Assembly: GCA_030390025.1 (NCBI GenBank) | Contig: JASTWF010000418.1 | Coordinates: 248,001 to 312,000 of the forward strand | Length of the DNA: 64,000 nt | Direction: 5' to 3' | From: Squalus acanthias | Lineage: Eukaryota | Part shown: positions 35,956 through 48,945 of the stretch, one piece after another | Layout of the letters: the number at the start of each line of letters is the position of its first letter | Position numbering within the stretch: the first letter of the stretch is position 1 | Made by a program: the position numbers and the translations under genes | The notes under the pieces: model-generated | Database searches by the model: none | What the model was told of the DNA's origin: nothing | What the model saw: the letters and a program-made list of their open reading frames with translations, nothing else

Positions 35956-37475
35956 AACATAGAAACATAGAAGATAGGAGCAGGAGTAGGCCATTCGGCC
36001 CCTCGAGCCTGCTCCGCCATTCGATGAGATCATGGCTGATCATCTAAACTCAGTACCCTGTACCTGCCTTCTCCCCATATCCCTTGATACCTTTAGCTTT
36101 AAGAAATATATCTAACTCATCCTTGAATATATTTAATGACTTCGCCTCAACTACCTTCTGTGGTAGAGAATTCCACAAGTTCACCACTCTCTGGGTGAAT
36201 AAATTCTTCCTCATTTCTGTCCTAAATGGCTTACCCCTTATCCTTAGATTATGACCCCTGCTTCTGGACTCTCCGACCATCGGCAACATTCTTCCTGCAC
36301 CTAGTTTGTCCAGACCTGTCAGAATTTTATATGTTTCGATGAGATCCCCTCTCATTCTTCTATACTCCAGTGAGTATAAGCCCAATCGTCCCAATCTCTC
36401 CTCATATGTCATTCCTGCCATCCCAGGTATCAGCCTTGTGAATCTTCGCTGAACTCCTTCCATGGCAAGAACATCCTTCCTCAGATAAGGCGACCAAAAC
36501 TGCACACAGTACTCAAGGTGTGGTCTCACCAAGGCCCTGTACAACTGCAGCAGGACATCCCTGTTTCTATACTCAAACCCTTTCGCTATGAAGGCCAACA
36601 TACCATTTGCCTTCTTCACCGCCTGCTGCACCTGCATGCTTACTTTCAGCGACTGGTGCACAAGGACACCCAGGTCTCGTTGCACTTCCCCTTCTCCCAA
36701 TCTATTGCCATTCAGATAATAGTCTGCCTTTCTGTTTTTGACACCAAAGTGGATAACCTCGCACTTATCCACGTTATATTGCATCTGCCACGCTTCTGCC
36801 CACTCACCCAACCTGTCCAGATCATCCTGGAGTTGCTCGCTATCCTCCTCGCTGCACACACTCCCACCCAGCTTTGTGTCATCTGCAAACTTGGAGATAT
36901 TACATTTAATTCCCTTATCTAGATCATTAATGTATATTGTGAATAGCTGGGGTCCAAGGACCGATCCCTGCGGTACCCCACTAGTCACTGCTTGCCACTC
37001 GGAAAAAGACCCATTAATTCCTACTCTCTGCTTTCTGTCTGCCAACCAGTTCTCTATCCAAGTCAATACCTTGCCCCCAATCCCATGTGCCTTAACTTTA
37101 CCCGCTAATCTCTTATGCGGGACCTTATCGAAAGCCTTTTGAAAGTCCAAATACACCACATCTACTGGTTCTCCCTTATCTATTTTTCCAGTTACATCCT
37201 CAAAAAATTTCAGTAGATTAGTCAAGCACGATTTACCTTTTGTAAATCCATGTTGACTTTGTCCGATCCTGTCACTGTTTTTCAAATGCTCAGCTATTAC
37301 ATCTTTTATAATGGACTCTAGCATTTTCCCCACTACCGATGTGAGGCTTACCGGTCTGTAATTCCCCGCTTTCTCTCTTCCACCCTTTTTGAATAGTGGG
37401 GTAAAATTAGCTACCCTCCAATCCATGGGTACAGTTCCAGATTCCATCGAATGTCGGAAGATGATCAGCAATGCG
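35956..37475 (-). mobile_element. 5'-truncated CR1 with an open 473-aa RT segment, inserted in the 67-bp array
   Basis: Intact RT motifs, 3' hairpin and tail. Confidence 0.92.
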
Positions 37476-38128
37476 CTGGGAGTGTTTGATGGGACAGTGT
37501 AGAGGGAGCTTTACTCTGTATCTAACCCGTGCTGTACCTGCCCTGAGAGTGTTTGATGGGACAGTGTAGAAGGAGCTTTACTCTGTATCTAACCCGTGCT
37601 GTACCTGCCCTGGGAGTGTTTGATGGGGCAATGTGGAGGGAGCTTTACTCTGTGTCTAACCACGTGCTGTACCTGCCCTGGGAGTGTTTGATGGGACAGT
37701 GTAGAGGGAGCTTTACTCTGTATCTAACTCGTGCTGTTCCTGTCCAGGGAGTGTTTGATGGGACAGTGTAGAGGGAGCTTTACTCTGTATCTAACCCGTG
37801 CTGTACCTGCCCTGGGAGTGTTTGATGGGACAGTGTAGAGGGAGCTTTACTCTGTATCTAACCCGTGCTGTACCTGCCCTGGGAGTGTTTGATGGGACAG
37901 TGTAGAGGGAGCTTTACTCTGTATCTAACCCGTGCTGTACCTGCCCTGGGAGTGTTTGATGGGACAGTGTAGAGGGAGCTTTACTCTGTATCTAACCCGT
38001 GCTGTACCTGCCCTGGGAGTGTTTGATGGGACAGTGTAGAGGGAGCTTTACTCTGTATCTAACCCGTGCTGTACCTGCCCTGGGAGTGTTTGATGGGACA
38101 GTGTGGAGGGAGCTGTACTCTCTATCTA
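37476..38128. repeat. 67-bp minisatellite (also at 35815-35955 and 41120-41555)
   Basis: CTGGGAGTGTTTGATGGGACAGTGTAGAGGGAGCTTTACTCTGTATCTAACCCGTGCTGTACCTGCC repeated. Confidence 0.92.
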
Positions 38129-38148
38129 AGGGATGAGGTGTATCTTAC

Positions 38149-38469
38149 CGTCATGTTTGCTGAGGGTCTGTGTCAGCGGAGTTGTTGAGGAAAGGTGTTT
38201 GACCAGACAGGTGAAGATCGATCCTGAATCCCATTCCCGGACAGGGACCTTTAACGTGCTGCTGGAACTGTAGGTCCCATTCTCGTGTTGCGTTGTGTGG
38301 CCAGGCTCCGAGGAGAAGGATGTCTGGCGGTTATTGATGAGCCAGGTGAAGGAGATGTTCCTGGGGTGAAATCCGACTGCCTGACACCCCAATGTGGCCG
38401 TCCCGTTAGTGTCCATTTCATCGTAGGTGGGAGGTAGGACGTAGACGCTGGGAACCGTAGGGTATCGGG
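38149..38469 (-). CDS. IgSF receptor exon 6: C1-set domain C4 (duplicate of C2)
   Basis: ATLGCQAVGFHP...FTW...LKVPVREWDSGSIFTCLVKH; ctccag acceptor, G|GTAAGA donor; 321 nt. Confidence 0.92.
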
Positions 38470-38519
38470 CTGGAGATCCACCGGAGAGAGAACGGAATGA
38501 AGACATTAGTGGGCGGTGA

Positions 38520-39318
38520 GAGATCAGGGCCACCTTGGAGCCCCCCAGTTAATCGCCCCCCAGACTGGGGGGAAGAGCGAGATCAGCCCCTCACTCAGAG
38601 CCCCCCAGTTAATCACCCCCCAGACTGGGGGGAAGAGCGAGATCAGCCCCTCACTCAGAGCCCCCCAGTTAATCACCCCCCAGACTGGGGGGAAGAGCGG
38701 GATCAGCCCCTCACTCAGAGCCCCCCAGTTAATCGCCCCCCAGACTGGGGTGAACAGCGAGATCAGCCCCTCACTCAGAGCCCCCCAGTTAATCGCCCCC
38801 CAGACTGGGGGAACAGCGAAATCAGCCCCTCACTCAGAGCCCTCCAGTTAATCGCCCCCCAGACTGGGGGGAACAGCGAGATCAGCCCCTCACTCAGAGC
38901 CCCCCAGTTAATCGCCCCCCAGACTGGGGGAACAGCGAGATCAGCCCCTCACTCAGAGCCCCCCAGTTAATCGCCCCCCAGACTGGGGGCAACAGCGAGA
39001 TCAGCCCCTCACTCAATGCCCCCTAGTTAATCAGCCCCAGACTGGGGGGAAGAGCGAGATCAGCCCCTCACTCAATGCCCCCTAGTTAATCAGCCCCAGA
39101 CTGGGGGGAAGAGCGAGATCAGCCCCTCACTCAGAGCCCCCCAGTTAATCCCCCCCCCAGACTGGGGGGAACAGTGAGATCAGCCCCTCACTCGGAGCCC
39201 CCCAGTTAATCGCCCCCTAGACTGGAGTGAACAGCGAGATCAGCCCCTCACTCAGAGACCCCCAGTTTACCGGCCCCCCAGTTAATCGCCCCCCAGACTG
39301 GGGGGGAAGAGCGAGAGG
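38520..39318. repeat. 60-bp minisatellite (also at 40115-40335, 41950-42225 and 43920-44210)
   Basis: GAGATCAGCCCCTCACTCAGAGCCCCCCAGTTAATCGCCCCCCAGACTGGGGGGAACAGC repeated. Confidence 0.9.
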
Positions 39319-39322
39319 AGCC

Positions 39323-40109
39323 TGTAGGATATAGTGTACCTGTAGGATTTAGTAAACATTGTTAAGATTTTGTAACCATTATTAAGTAAGTATAATATGT
39401 GAAATTGTATGTTAAAAACCTAAAACGCCTGTATAAAATGCCTGGCAAGCAAAGCTTGATGGTAAAATTAAGCCAGCATTATGTTAACTGGGAGAATAGT
39501 GCTGAGGTGGTGGAGATTTTCTGTTATATTAAAAACAAGAAGCCAGTGAAGGACAAAGCATTAATTAAGTCTCAAAGTAAGACAGAGGGTTTTCAATCCC
39601 CAACATCCCTTATCGCTGAAGTTTCAGACCAGTCTAGATAATGGGCTGTGGGAAAGGCAAAAGACCTCCGTCGTAATTCATGGGAAGTCCGGCTATGTGA
39701 AAGATCTCAAACTCAAAGTTCACAGCAGAATAGGGGAGGGAATCATAGACCGTACTTGTGAAGGTCAGCATGGTGAGATAGCCCAAGCAGCTGCCAGTTG
39801 CTATGTAATTTGAAAGGGAAAAAAAGGTATAAAGGAACAGCTATTGAACACTGAAAGCAGTGCGAAACCAGAGGGCGAGAAGCTTCAGTCAACAGAACAC
39901 AGCAAGAGAATAAAGAGACCGCGCCGCAGTCACTCGGAAGGAACGCCAGGGTTCGATGAACAGACGGCGACTATCTTCTTGTTAAGTATTACTTCTTTAT
40001 ACTGGATGTTGAATGTTTAATAAACCTGTTTTACTGACACACAATATACCTGGACCCAGAGTGGTTTGTGTCGTCACGAACACATTAATTCAGAGCTTTA
40101 AAAGCTACA
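39323..40109 (+). mobile_element. Solo LTR (Gypsy/ERV-type), ~787 bp
   Basis: TGTAG...CTACA inverted termini, 4-bp TSD AGCC, TATA-like box at ~39828 and AATAAA at 40019-40024. Confidence 0.8.
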
Positions 40110-40491
40110 AGCCCCACCTCGGAGCCCCACAGTTAATCGCCCCCCAGACTGGGGGGAACAGTGAGATCAGCCCCTCACTCGGAGCCCCCCAGTTAATCGC
40201 CCCCCAGATTGGGGGGAGGTGCGAGATCAGCCCCTCACTCGGAGCCCCCCAGTTAATCAACCCCCAGATTGGGGGGGGAAGAGCGAGATCAGCCCCTCAC
40301 TCAGAGCCCCCCAGTTAATCAGCCCCCCAGACTGGGGGTTAACCCACTAAACCTCCAACCCCCAATTCTCAGATCCCCAGCACGAATCTCCACCTCAAAC
40401 CGCCCAGCCCAATTCAACCTCCCTAACCCCCGACCCCCTCGCTGCCCCCCCGCCCCCCCCCCCAACAACCCCCAGCAGTCCAGACACTCAC

Positions 40492-40809
40492 CTCTGGTCC
40501 TGATCTCCTTGACGATTGGCTGGGTCAGCGTCTGGTGTGAGACGACACACTGGTACTTGTCCACATCCACCCAGTCTCGACCCCTGACCTCCAGCTGACT
40601 GACGGTGGTGTACCGATCCGCGGGGTCTCGGGACAGAGGCTGCTCGGTGATTCCCGACCTCACTCGTCTTCCGTCCGAGAACCAGGAGATCCGCACACTG
40701 GGGGGGTAGAATCCGCTGACTAGGCAGAGCAGGGGGGTGAAACCGTTCTCCGATATCTCCCCCGGGGGCGGGTAATGAAGCTGGACCGAGGGAGGAGAGG
40801 ACGATGGCA
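40492..40809 (-). CDS. IgSF receptor exon 5: C1-set domain C3 (protein identical to C1)
   Basis: LLCLVSGFYP...ISW...SQLEVRGRDWVDVDKYQCVVSH; ttccag acceptor, G|GTGAGT donor; 318 nt. Confidence 0.92.
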
Positions 40810-40824
40810 CTGGAACAAGAATCA

Positions 40825-41110
40825 AGGGGTCAGTCACTGGCCTGAGTGTCTCTGGCCCAGAATCGAGGGATCAATCACTGACCTCAGTGTGTCTGGCCTA
40901 GAATCGAGGGGTCAGTCACTGACCTCAGTGTGTCTGGCCCAGAATCGAGGGGTCAGTCACTGACCTCAGTGTGTCTGGCCCAGAATCGAGGGGTCATTCA
41001 CTGGCCCGAGTGTCTCTGGCCCAGAATCGAAAGGTCAATCACTGACCTCAGTGTGTCTGGCCCAGAATCGAGGGGTCAGTCACTGACCTCAGTGTCTCTG
41101 GCCCAGAATC
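40825..41110. repeat. 41-bp minisatellite next to the C3 acceptor (also at 44900-45035 next to C1)
   Basis: CAGTCACTGACCTCAGTGTGTCTGGCCCAGAATCGAGGGGT repeated. Confidence 0.85.
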
Positions 41111-41576
41111 AACAGTGATTGGACAGTGTAGATGGAGCTTTCCTCTGTATCTAACCCGTGCTGTACCTGCCCTGGGAGTGTTTGATGGGACAGTGTAGAG
41201 GGAGCTTTACTCAGTATCTAACCCGTGCTGTACCTGCCTTGGGAGTGTTTGATGGGACAGTGTAGAGGGAGCTTTACTCTGTATCTAACCCGTGCTATAC
41301 CTGCCCCGGGAGTGCATGATGGGACAGTGTAGAGGGAGCTTTACTCTGTATCTAACCCCATGCTGTACCTGCCCTGGGAGTGTTTGATGGGACAGTGTAG
41401 AGGGAGCTTTACTCTGTATCTAACCCGTGCTGTACCTGCCCTGGGAGTGTTTGATGGGACAGTGTCGAGGGAGCTTTACTCTGTATCTAACCCGTGCTGT
41501 ACCTGCCCTGGGAGTGTTTGATGGGACAGTGTGCAGGGAGCTGTACTCTCTATCTCAGGGATGAGGTGTATCTTAC

Positions 41577-41897
41577 CGTCATGTTTGCTGAGGGTCTGTG
41601 TCAGCGGAGTTGTTGAGGAAAGGTGTTTGACCAGACAGGTGAAGATCGATCCTGAATCCCATTCCCGGACAGGGACCTTTAACATGCTGCTGGAACTGTA
41701 GGTCCCATTCTCGTGTTGCGTTGTGTGGCCAGGCTCCGAGGAGAAGGATGTCTGGCGGTTATTGATGAGCCAGGTGAAGGAGATCTTCCTGGGGTGAAAT
41801 CCGACTGCCTGACACCCCAATGTGGCCGTCCCGTTAGTGTCCATTTCATCGTAGGTGGGGGGTAGGACGTAGACGCTGGGAACCGTAGGGTATCGGG
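41577..41897 (-). CDS. IgSF receptor exon 4: C1-set domain C2
   Basis: Same motifs as C4; 321 nt; phase 1-1. Confidence 0.92.
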
Positions 41898-42228
41898 CTG
41901 GAGATCCACCGGAGAGACAACGGAATGAAGGCATTAGTGGGCGGTGAGAGATCAGGCCCACCTTGGAGCCCCCCAGTTAATCGCCCCCCAGTTAATCGCC
42001 CCCCAGACTGGGGTGAACAGCGAGATCAGCCCCTCACTCAGAGCCCCCCAGTTAATCACCCCCCAGACTGGGGGGAACAGTGAGATCAGCCCCTCACTCG
42101 GTGCCCCCCAGTTAATCGCCCCCCAGACTGGGGTGAACAGCGAGATCAGCCCCTCACTCAGAGACCCTCAGTTTACCGGCCCCCCAGTTAATCGCCCCCC
42201 AGACTGGGGGGGAAGAGCGAGAGGAGCC

Positions 42229-43918
42229 TGTAGGATATAGTGTACCTGTAGGATTTAGTAAACATTGTTAAGATTTTGTAACCATTATTAAGTAAGTATA
42301 ATATGTGAAATTGTATGTTAAAAACCTAAAACGCCTGTATAAAATGGCTGGGAAGCAAAGCATGATGGTAAAATTAAGCCAACATTATGTTAACTGGGAG
42401 AATAGTGCTGAGTTGGTGTAGATTTTCTGTTATATTAAAAACAAGAAGCCAGTGAAGGACAAAGCATTAATTAAGTCTCAAAGTAAGACAAAGGGGTAGA
42501 AATTAGGTCGCGCCCCATTTGGGGCGCAAATATCGTCTGGACGCAAATATTAGCGCCTGGCGCTAATTATCGGCACTGACTGGAAACTTCACTTTTACCG
42601 CCCCGGGAGGTGAGTGGAGCGCTAAATCAGGCGCTGCACACCTGTCTTAAGGCGCAAAGGCCAAGGAGTGAGGCGCTACCTCAGAGCGCTGGCGAAGCTC
42701 ATGTAATGTCAGTCAGCAATGGAACACACACACAATGGCACGGGCCAGTTCTTAAAGGGGATGGTTAATCTTGGTTTCCATCCACATCCTGTTCATTGCA
42801 GCCTTGAATCTCGGCCTGGAGAGACTTGCACATCAAATGTGCTGGAAAGAACAATGGAGAGTACCAGGCAAAGAGCTCAGAGTGCAGCTCCCACAATCTC
42901 TGCTAAATCGATACAAGGAATGGCAAATCAAAATGAACCTGCAAAGTGCTGCTCAGTACCCAAAACTCCTTCACACAACGTTGAATCTCTCCAGAAGTCT
43001 CTCCCTCTCTCTCTCAGAATGCGTAGTTCAAAAATGCCACCAACAATAAAAGACAGGAAGAGGCCCCCTTTAAATAGCGCCCCCCCCCAGCCCCACAGCG
43101 ATTGATAGCGTTCCAGTCTTCTGGTCGTTGGATGCGCCAGGCGGTAAGGCAGGGGGCGCCACTCAATTTCCGCTCCGGGGCGCCACAAGGGCGTTGCACC
43201 ATGGAATGACGTCACAATCTGCGCGCGCAGGTGGTCGCAGCGGTAAAGTTTAGCGCCGCCGCACAATCTCTAGTTAAGTTCCCGAGCGGCGCAAACATCG
43301 CTGCGCCCGGGCGTTAGCGGCTTTGCGCCCCATTAGCGCCCTCTTAAGGCGCTAACGGGAGGCGCAACCAACTGAATTTTTACCCCAAAGGGTTTTCAAT
43401 ACCGAACATCCCTCATCGCTGAAGTTTCAGACCAGTCTAGATAATGGGCTGTGGGAAAGGCAAAAGACCTCCGTCTTAATTCATGGGAAGTCCGGCTATG
43501 TGCAAGATCTCAAACTCAAAGTTCACAGCAGAATAGGGGAGGGAATCATAGACCGTACTTGTGAAGGTCAGCATGGTGAGATAGCCCAAGCAGCTGCCAG
43601 TTGCTATGTATTTTGAAAGGGAAAAAAAAGGTATAAAGGAACAGCTATTGAACACTGAAAGCAGTGCGAAACCAGAGGTCGAGAAGCTTCAGTCAACAGA
43701 ACACAGCAAGAGAATAAAGAGACCGCGCCGCAGTCACTCGGAAGGAACGCCAGGGTTCAATGAACAGACGGCGACTATCTTCTTGTTAAGTATTACTTCT
43801 TTATACTGGATGTTTAATGTTTAATAAACCTGTTTTACTGATACACAATATACCTGGACCCAGAGTGGTTTGTGTCATAGAAACACGGACAAATTAATTC
43901 AGAGCTTTAAAAGCTACA
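42229..43918 (+). mobile_element. Second copy of the solo LTR, interrupted by a MITE
   Basis: Same termini and flanks as 39323-40109. Confidence 0.8.
42493..43386. mobile_element. ~895-bp Harbinger-like MITE (inverted relative to 18309-19203)
   Basis: GGGGTAGAAATT / AATTTTTACCCC TIRs, AAA TSD; absent from the sister LTR at ~39585. Confidence 0.85.
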
Positions 43919-44566
43919 AGACCCACCTCAGAGCCCCCCAGTTAATCACCCCCCAGACTGGGGGGAAGAGCGAGATCAGCCCCTCACTCAGAGCCCCCCA
44001 GTTAATCGCCCCCCAAACTGGGGGAAACAGCGAGATCAGCCCCTCACTCAGAGCCTCCCAGTTAATCACCCCCCAGACTGGGGGGAAGAGTGAGATCAAC
44101 CCCTCACTCAGAGCCCCCCAGTTAATCAGACCCCAGACTGGGGGGAAGAGCGAGATCAGCCCCTCACTCGGAGCCCCGCAGTTTACCGGCCCCCCAGATT
44201 GGGGGGAACAGCGTTGGGGGGGTTTCTGACGTCTGGGTTGTGATTCCGCGGGGGCTCATTAACGACAATCGCGGGAACCCGCTGGATTGAAATGGAAGGG
44301 GAGTGGGGGGGGGTGGTGGGGGGGGGCCCCGGGGAGGAGCGCCCCTCGCGATCTGTTCCCCGGGTCACAAACCTCCCCTCCCCTCCCCCGGTGACTGGGA
44401 GCCAAGCCCAGGGGTTAACCCACTAAACCTCCAACCCCCAACTCTCTAATCCCAGCACAAATCTCCACCTCAAACCCCCCAGCCCAATTCAACCTCCCTA
44501 ACCCCCGAACCCTCGCTGCCCCCCCCGCCCCCCCCCCCAACAACCCCCAGCAGTCCAGACACTCAC

Positions 44567-44884
44567 CTCTGGTCCTGATCTCCTTGACGATCGGCTGGGT
44601 CAGCGTCTGGTGTGAGACGACACACTGGTACTTGTCCACATCCACCCAGTCTCGACCCCTGACCTCCAGCTGACTGACGGTGGTGTACCGATCCGCGGGG
44701 TCTCGGGACAGAGGCTGCTCGGTGATTCCCGACCTCACTCGTCTTCCGTCCGAGAACCAGGAGATCCGCACACTGGGGGGGTAGAATCCGCTGACTAGGC
44801 AGAGCAGGGGGGTGAAACCGTTCTCCGATATCTCCCCCGGGGGCGGGTAATGAAGCTGGACCGAGGGAGGAGAGGACGATGGCA
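44567..44884 (-). CDS. IgSF receptor exon 3: C1-set domain C1
   Basis: 318 nt, phase 1-1, canonical Cys/Trp/Cys-x-x-x-His. Confidence 0.92.
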
Positions 44885-45429
44885 CTGGAACAAGAATCAA
44901 GGGGTCAGTCACTGGCCCGAGTGTCTCTGGCCCAGAATCGAGGGGTCAGTCACTGACCTTAGTGTGTCTGGCCCAGAATCGAGGGATCAATCACTGACCT
45001 CAGTGTGTCTGGTACAGAATCGAGGGGTCATTCTCTGACCTCTGATCTCACAATCACATATATCACAAGAACAGTGTGCGTGACTAGAGGTCTATAAAGA
45101 TCGTGAGCTTTTCTTTTAGCAGAGAGGGACAAGGACGAAAGGTTCGACGATGGTTAGGTCTCTACCCACAGGATAAACGGTGTTAATTGTGTTTACTTCT
45201 CTGCTTGGTTGAGCACATTAAAAGGTTTAAGTTGAAACCATATTTGGCATCAGATTCGAATTCTCTGACACAGGGCAATGGGACTAAGGAGGGAGCTCGG
45301 TCAGAGAGAGGGCACGGGGGCGATGGGCTAAATTTCCTCGTCTGCTGTAAAATTCTCTCACTTTATGATCCTTGAGTCACAGATATAAACAACAAACTCT
45401 AGGATACTTGGAATTCCCACTACAAGTTC

Positions 45430-46200
45430 TTCCCCTGTGGGACTCCTCACTCCCAAAACTGTTCGAATCTTCACCCTGAAACTGTGGGGACTCCTTGACC
45501 TCAAAACTGTAGGATTCTTCACCCCCCAAACTGTGGGACTCCTCTTCCCCAAACTGTGGGACTCTTCATCCCCCAAACTGTGGGACTCCTCTACCATAAG
45601 ACTGTAGGATTCTTCACCTCCAAATTGTGGGACTCCTCATCTCCGAAACTCTGGTACTCCTCACCTCCCAAACTCTGAGACTCCTCACCTTCAAACCAAT
45701 GGAATCCTCATCTCCAATTATTGGGACTCCTCACTCCCAAAATTATTGGTTCTCTCACCTCAAAAGTGTCGGTCTCCATGACCACCAAACTGTTCAACTC
45801 TTCACCCCCAAACTGTGAGTCTCCTCACCCCCAAAACTCTGGGACTCCTTACCCCCAAACTGTGGGACACCTTCCTTCCAAACTCTGGGACTCCTTACCC
45901 ACAAACTGTGGGACTCCTCACCCCCAAACTGTGGGACTCCTCACCCCCCAAACTCTGGGACGCGGCACCCCCAAAACCCTGGGACTCCTCACCACCAAAT
46001 TGTGGGACTCCTCACTTCCAAACTTTGGGACTCCTCAACCCCGCAAACTGTGGGGACTCCTCACCACCAAACTGTAGGACTCCTCAACACCAAACTGTGG
46101 GACTGCTCACTTCCAACCTCTGGGAGTCCTCGCCCCCAAACTGTGCAACCTTTCACCCCCAAACTGTTGGACTCCTCACCCCCAAATTCTGTGACCCCTC
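45430..46200. repeat. Degenerate ~23-bp minisatellite (CCCCAAACTGTGGGACTCCTCA) in the V-C1 intron
   Basis: Direct tandem repeat. Confidence 0.8.
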
Positions 46201-46382
46201 ATCTCTCTAAATTGTCCCTTTGTCCTAAAATCAGCTGGTCTTGGCGTAACTCCAAACCACCGTTCCCTGAACTGCCTCATCTGATGTCCTCCACCCTCCA
46301 AGCTTGGCTGTTGGCCAGTGACTGCCCGTTCCAATTCCACCCCTCCCTTGCCCCCAAACGGGTTTCGGACGAGCTCCCCTAC

Positions 46383-46763
46383 CGGCCTCGACCTTCAGTG
46401 TAGATCCACAGCCGCACCAATCTGTCGCATTCTTGTCTCCCAGGTGGTCAGCCATTTGGCAGAAGTACCTGGTGGAATCTTGCTGCGTGGCATTAGCGAT
46501 CCGCAGAGACATCTGCTTTCGGCCAAAGTTCTTCTCGGCCACGTAACGGTGAGCTTTCCCAGCCACGAAGATGGGGACCTGTGACTTGGGGCTCCAGTAC
46601 ACCAGCTGCTTCATGGCCCCAGTGCCAGGGGGGACGTAACCCCAGATCAAGTACCGGTCGTCTGTCTTGCGGGAGAATCGGCACTCCATCGTGACCGACT
46701 CGCCCTCCCGGACGCTCATTAATGTGGACGAGAATCGGAAGTTCCCACCGCAGGAGGTGAGCC
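46383..46763 (-). CDS. IgSF receptor exon 2: V-set domain with germline-encoded CDR3-like loop and J-like strand in one exon
   Basis: VREGESVTMEC...LIW...MSLRIANATQQDSTRYFC-QMADHLGDKNATD-WCGCGSTLKVEA; ttttcag acceptor, G|GTAGG donor; 381 nt. Confidence 0.92.
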
Positions 46764-46889
46764 CTGAAAATAGAGAGAGAGACACAACTCATGAATCCTC
46801 CCACCAAAGATAACTCAGGAAATGTAGGACGGTTGCAGCTAAAGCTGCACTTTGACATTGGTCAAGGTAAAGCTTGGTACAGAACGTTG

Positions 46890-47850
46890 GATGGACCACA
46901 CTTGGAGCAATGTGCACAGTCCCGGTCTCCACATACCTTGGATAGACCACACTTGGAGCACTGTGCACAGTCCCGGTCTCCATATACCTTGGATAGACCA
47001 CACTTGGAGCACTGTGCACAATCCTGGTCTCCATATACCTTGGATAGACCACACTTGGAGCAATGTGCCCAGTCCTGGTCTCCATATACCTCGGTTAGAC
47101 CACACTTGGAGCACTGTGCACAGTCCCGGTCTCCACATACCTTGGTTAGACCACTCTTGGAGCAATGTGCCCAGTCCTGGTCTCCATATACCTGGGTTAG
47201 ACCACACTTGTAGCACTGTGCACAGTTCTGGTCTCCACATACCTTGGTTAGACCACTCTTGGAGCAATGTGCCCAGTCCTGGTCTCCATATACCTTGGTT
47301 AGACCACACTTGGGGCAATGTGCATAGTCCCGGTCTCCATATACCTTGGTTAGACCACACTTGGAGCAATGTGCACAGTCCTGGTCTCCACATCCCTTAG
47401 TTAGACCACGCTTGGAGCAATGTGCACAGTTCTGGTCTCCATATACCTTAGTTAGACCACACTTGGAGCACTGTGCACAGTTCTGGTCTCCACATCCCTT
47501 AGTTAGACCACACTTGGAGCACTGTGCACAGTTCTGGTCTCCACATCCCTTACTTAGACCACACTTGGAGCACTGTGCACAGTTCTGGTCTCCACATCCC
47601 TTAGTTAGACCACGCTTGGAGCACTGTGCACAATTCTGGTCTCCACATACCTTGGTTAGACCACGCTTGGAACTCCGTGCACAGTTCTGGTCTCCACATC
47701 CCTTAGTTAGACCACGCTTGGAGCACTGTGCACAGTTATGCTCTCCATATACCTTGGTTAGACCACACTTGGAGCAATGTGCACAGTTCTGCAATCCATA
47801 TACCTTGGTTAGACCACACTTGGAGCGCTGTGCACAGTTCTGGCTCCATT
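46890..47850. repeat. 51-bp CR1-derived minisatellite, opposite orientation to 33146-34818; continues at 48945-49390
   Basis: VRPHLEHCAQFWSP periodicity on the + strand. Confidence 0.9.
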
Positions 47851-48945
47851 TAAAAGAATTTTTATTTTTATTCGTTTATGGGATCTGGGCGTCGCTGGCA
47901 AGGCCAGCATTTATTGCCCATCCCTAGTTGCCCTTGAGAAGGTGGTGGTGAGTCGACTTCTTGAACCGCTGCAGTCCGTGTGGTGATGGTACTCCCACAG
48001 TGCTGTCAGGGAGGGAGTTCCAGGATTTTGACACAGCGACGATAAAGGATCGGCCGATATACTTCTAAGTCAGGATGGTGTGTGACTTGGAGGGGAACTT
48101 GGAGGTGGTGGTGTTCCCATGCGCCTGCTGCCCTTATCCTTCTAGGTGGACGAGGTCGCGGGTTTGGGAGGTGCTGCCGAAGAATTCTTGGCGAGTTGCT
48201 GCAGTGCATCTTGTAGATGGTACACACTGCAGCCACGGTGCGCCGGTGGTGGAGGGAGTGAATGTTTAAGGTGGTGGATGGGGTGCCAATCAAGCGGGCT
48301 GCGTTGTCTTGGATGGTGTCGAGCTTCTTGAGTGTTATTGGAGCTGCACTCATCCAGGCAAGTGGAGAGTATTCCATCATACTCCTTACTTGTGCCTTGT
48401 AGATGGTGGAAAGGCTTTGGGGAGTCAGGAGGTGAGACGCTCGCCGCAGAATACCTAGCCTCTGACCTGCTCTTGTTGCCACAGTATTTATGTGGCTGGT
48501 CCAGTTAAGTTTCTAGTTAATGGTGACCCCCAGGATCTTGATAGTGGGGGATTCGGCGATGGTAATACCATTGAATGTCAAGGAGAGTTGGTTAGATTCT
48601 CGCTTGTTGGCGATAATCATTGCCTGGCACTTCTGTGGCGCGAATGTTACCTGCCACTTATCAGCCCAAGCCTGAACGTCGTCCAGGTCTTGTTGCATGC
48701 GGGCATGGACTGCTTCATTATCTGTGGAGTTGTGAATGGCGCTGAACACTGTGCAGTCATCAGCGAACATCCCCATTTCTAACCTTATGTTGGAGGGAAG
48801 GTCATTGTTGAAGCTGCTGAAGATGGTTGGGCCGAGGACACTCCCCTGAGGAACTCCTGCAGCGATGTTCTGGGGCTGTGATGATTGACCTTCAACCACC
48901 ACAACCATCTTCCTTTGTGCTAGGTATGACTCCAGCCAGTGGGGT
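47850..48945 (-). mobile_element. CR1/L2-clade LINE 3' fragment inserted in the 51-bp array
   Basis: [25 protein letters not shown]. Confidence 0.8.

Noticed and set aside
45430-46200. V-C intron repeat as a class-switch region
   Set aside because: G-rich on the non-template strand but degenerate and poor in AGCT, and similar minisatellites fill almost every intron here.
44885-46382. Separate D/J segments or RSS between V and C1
   Set aside because: No heptamer-spacer-nonamer found by eye, and the J-like strand is already in the V exon.
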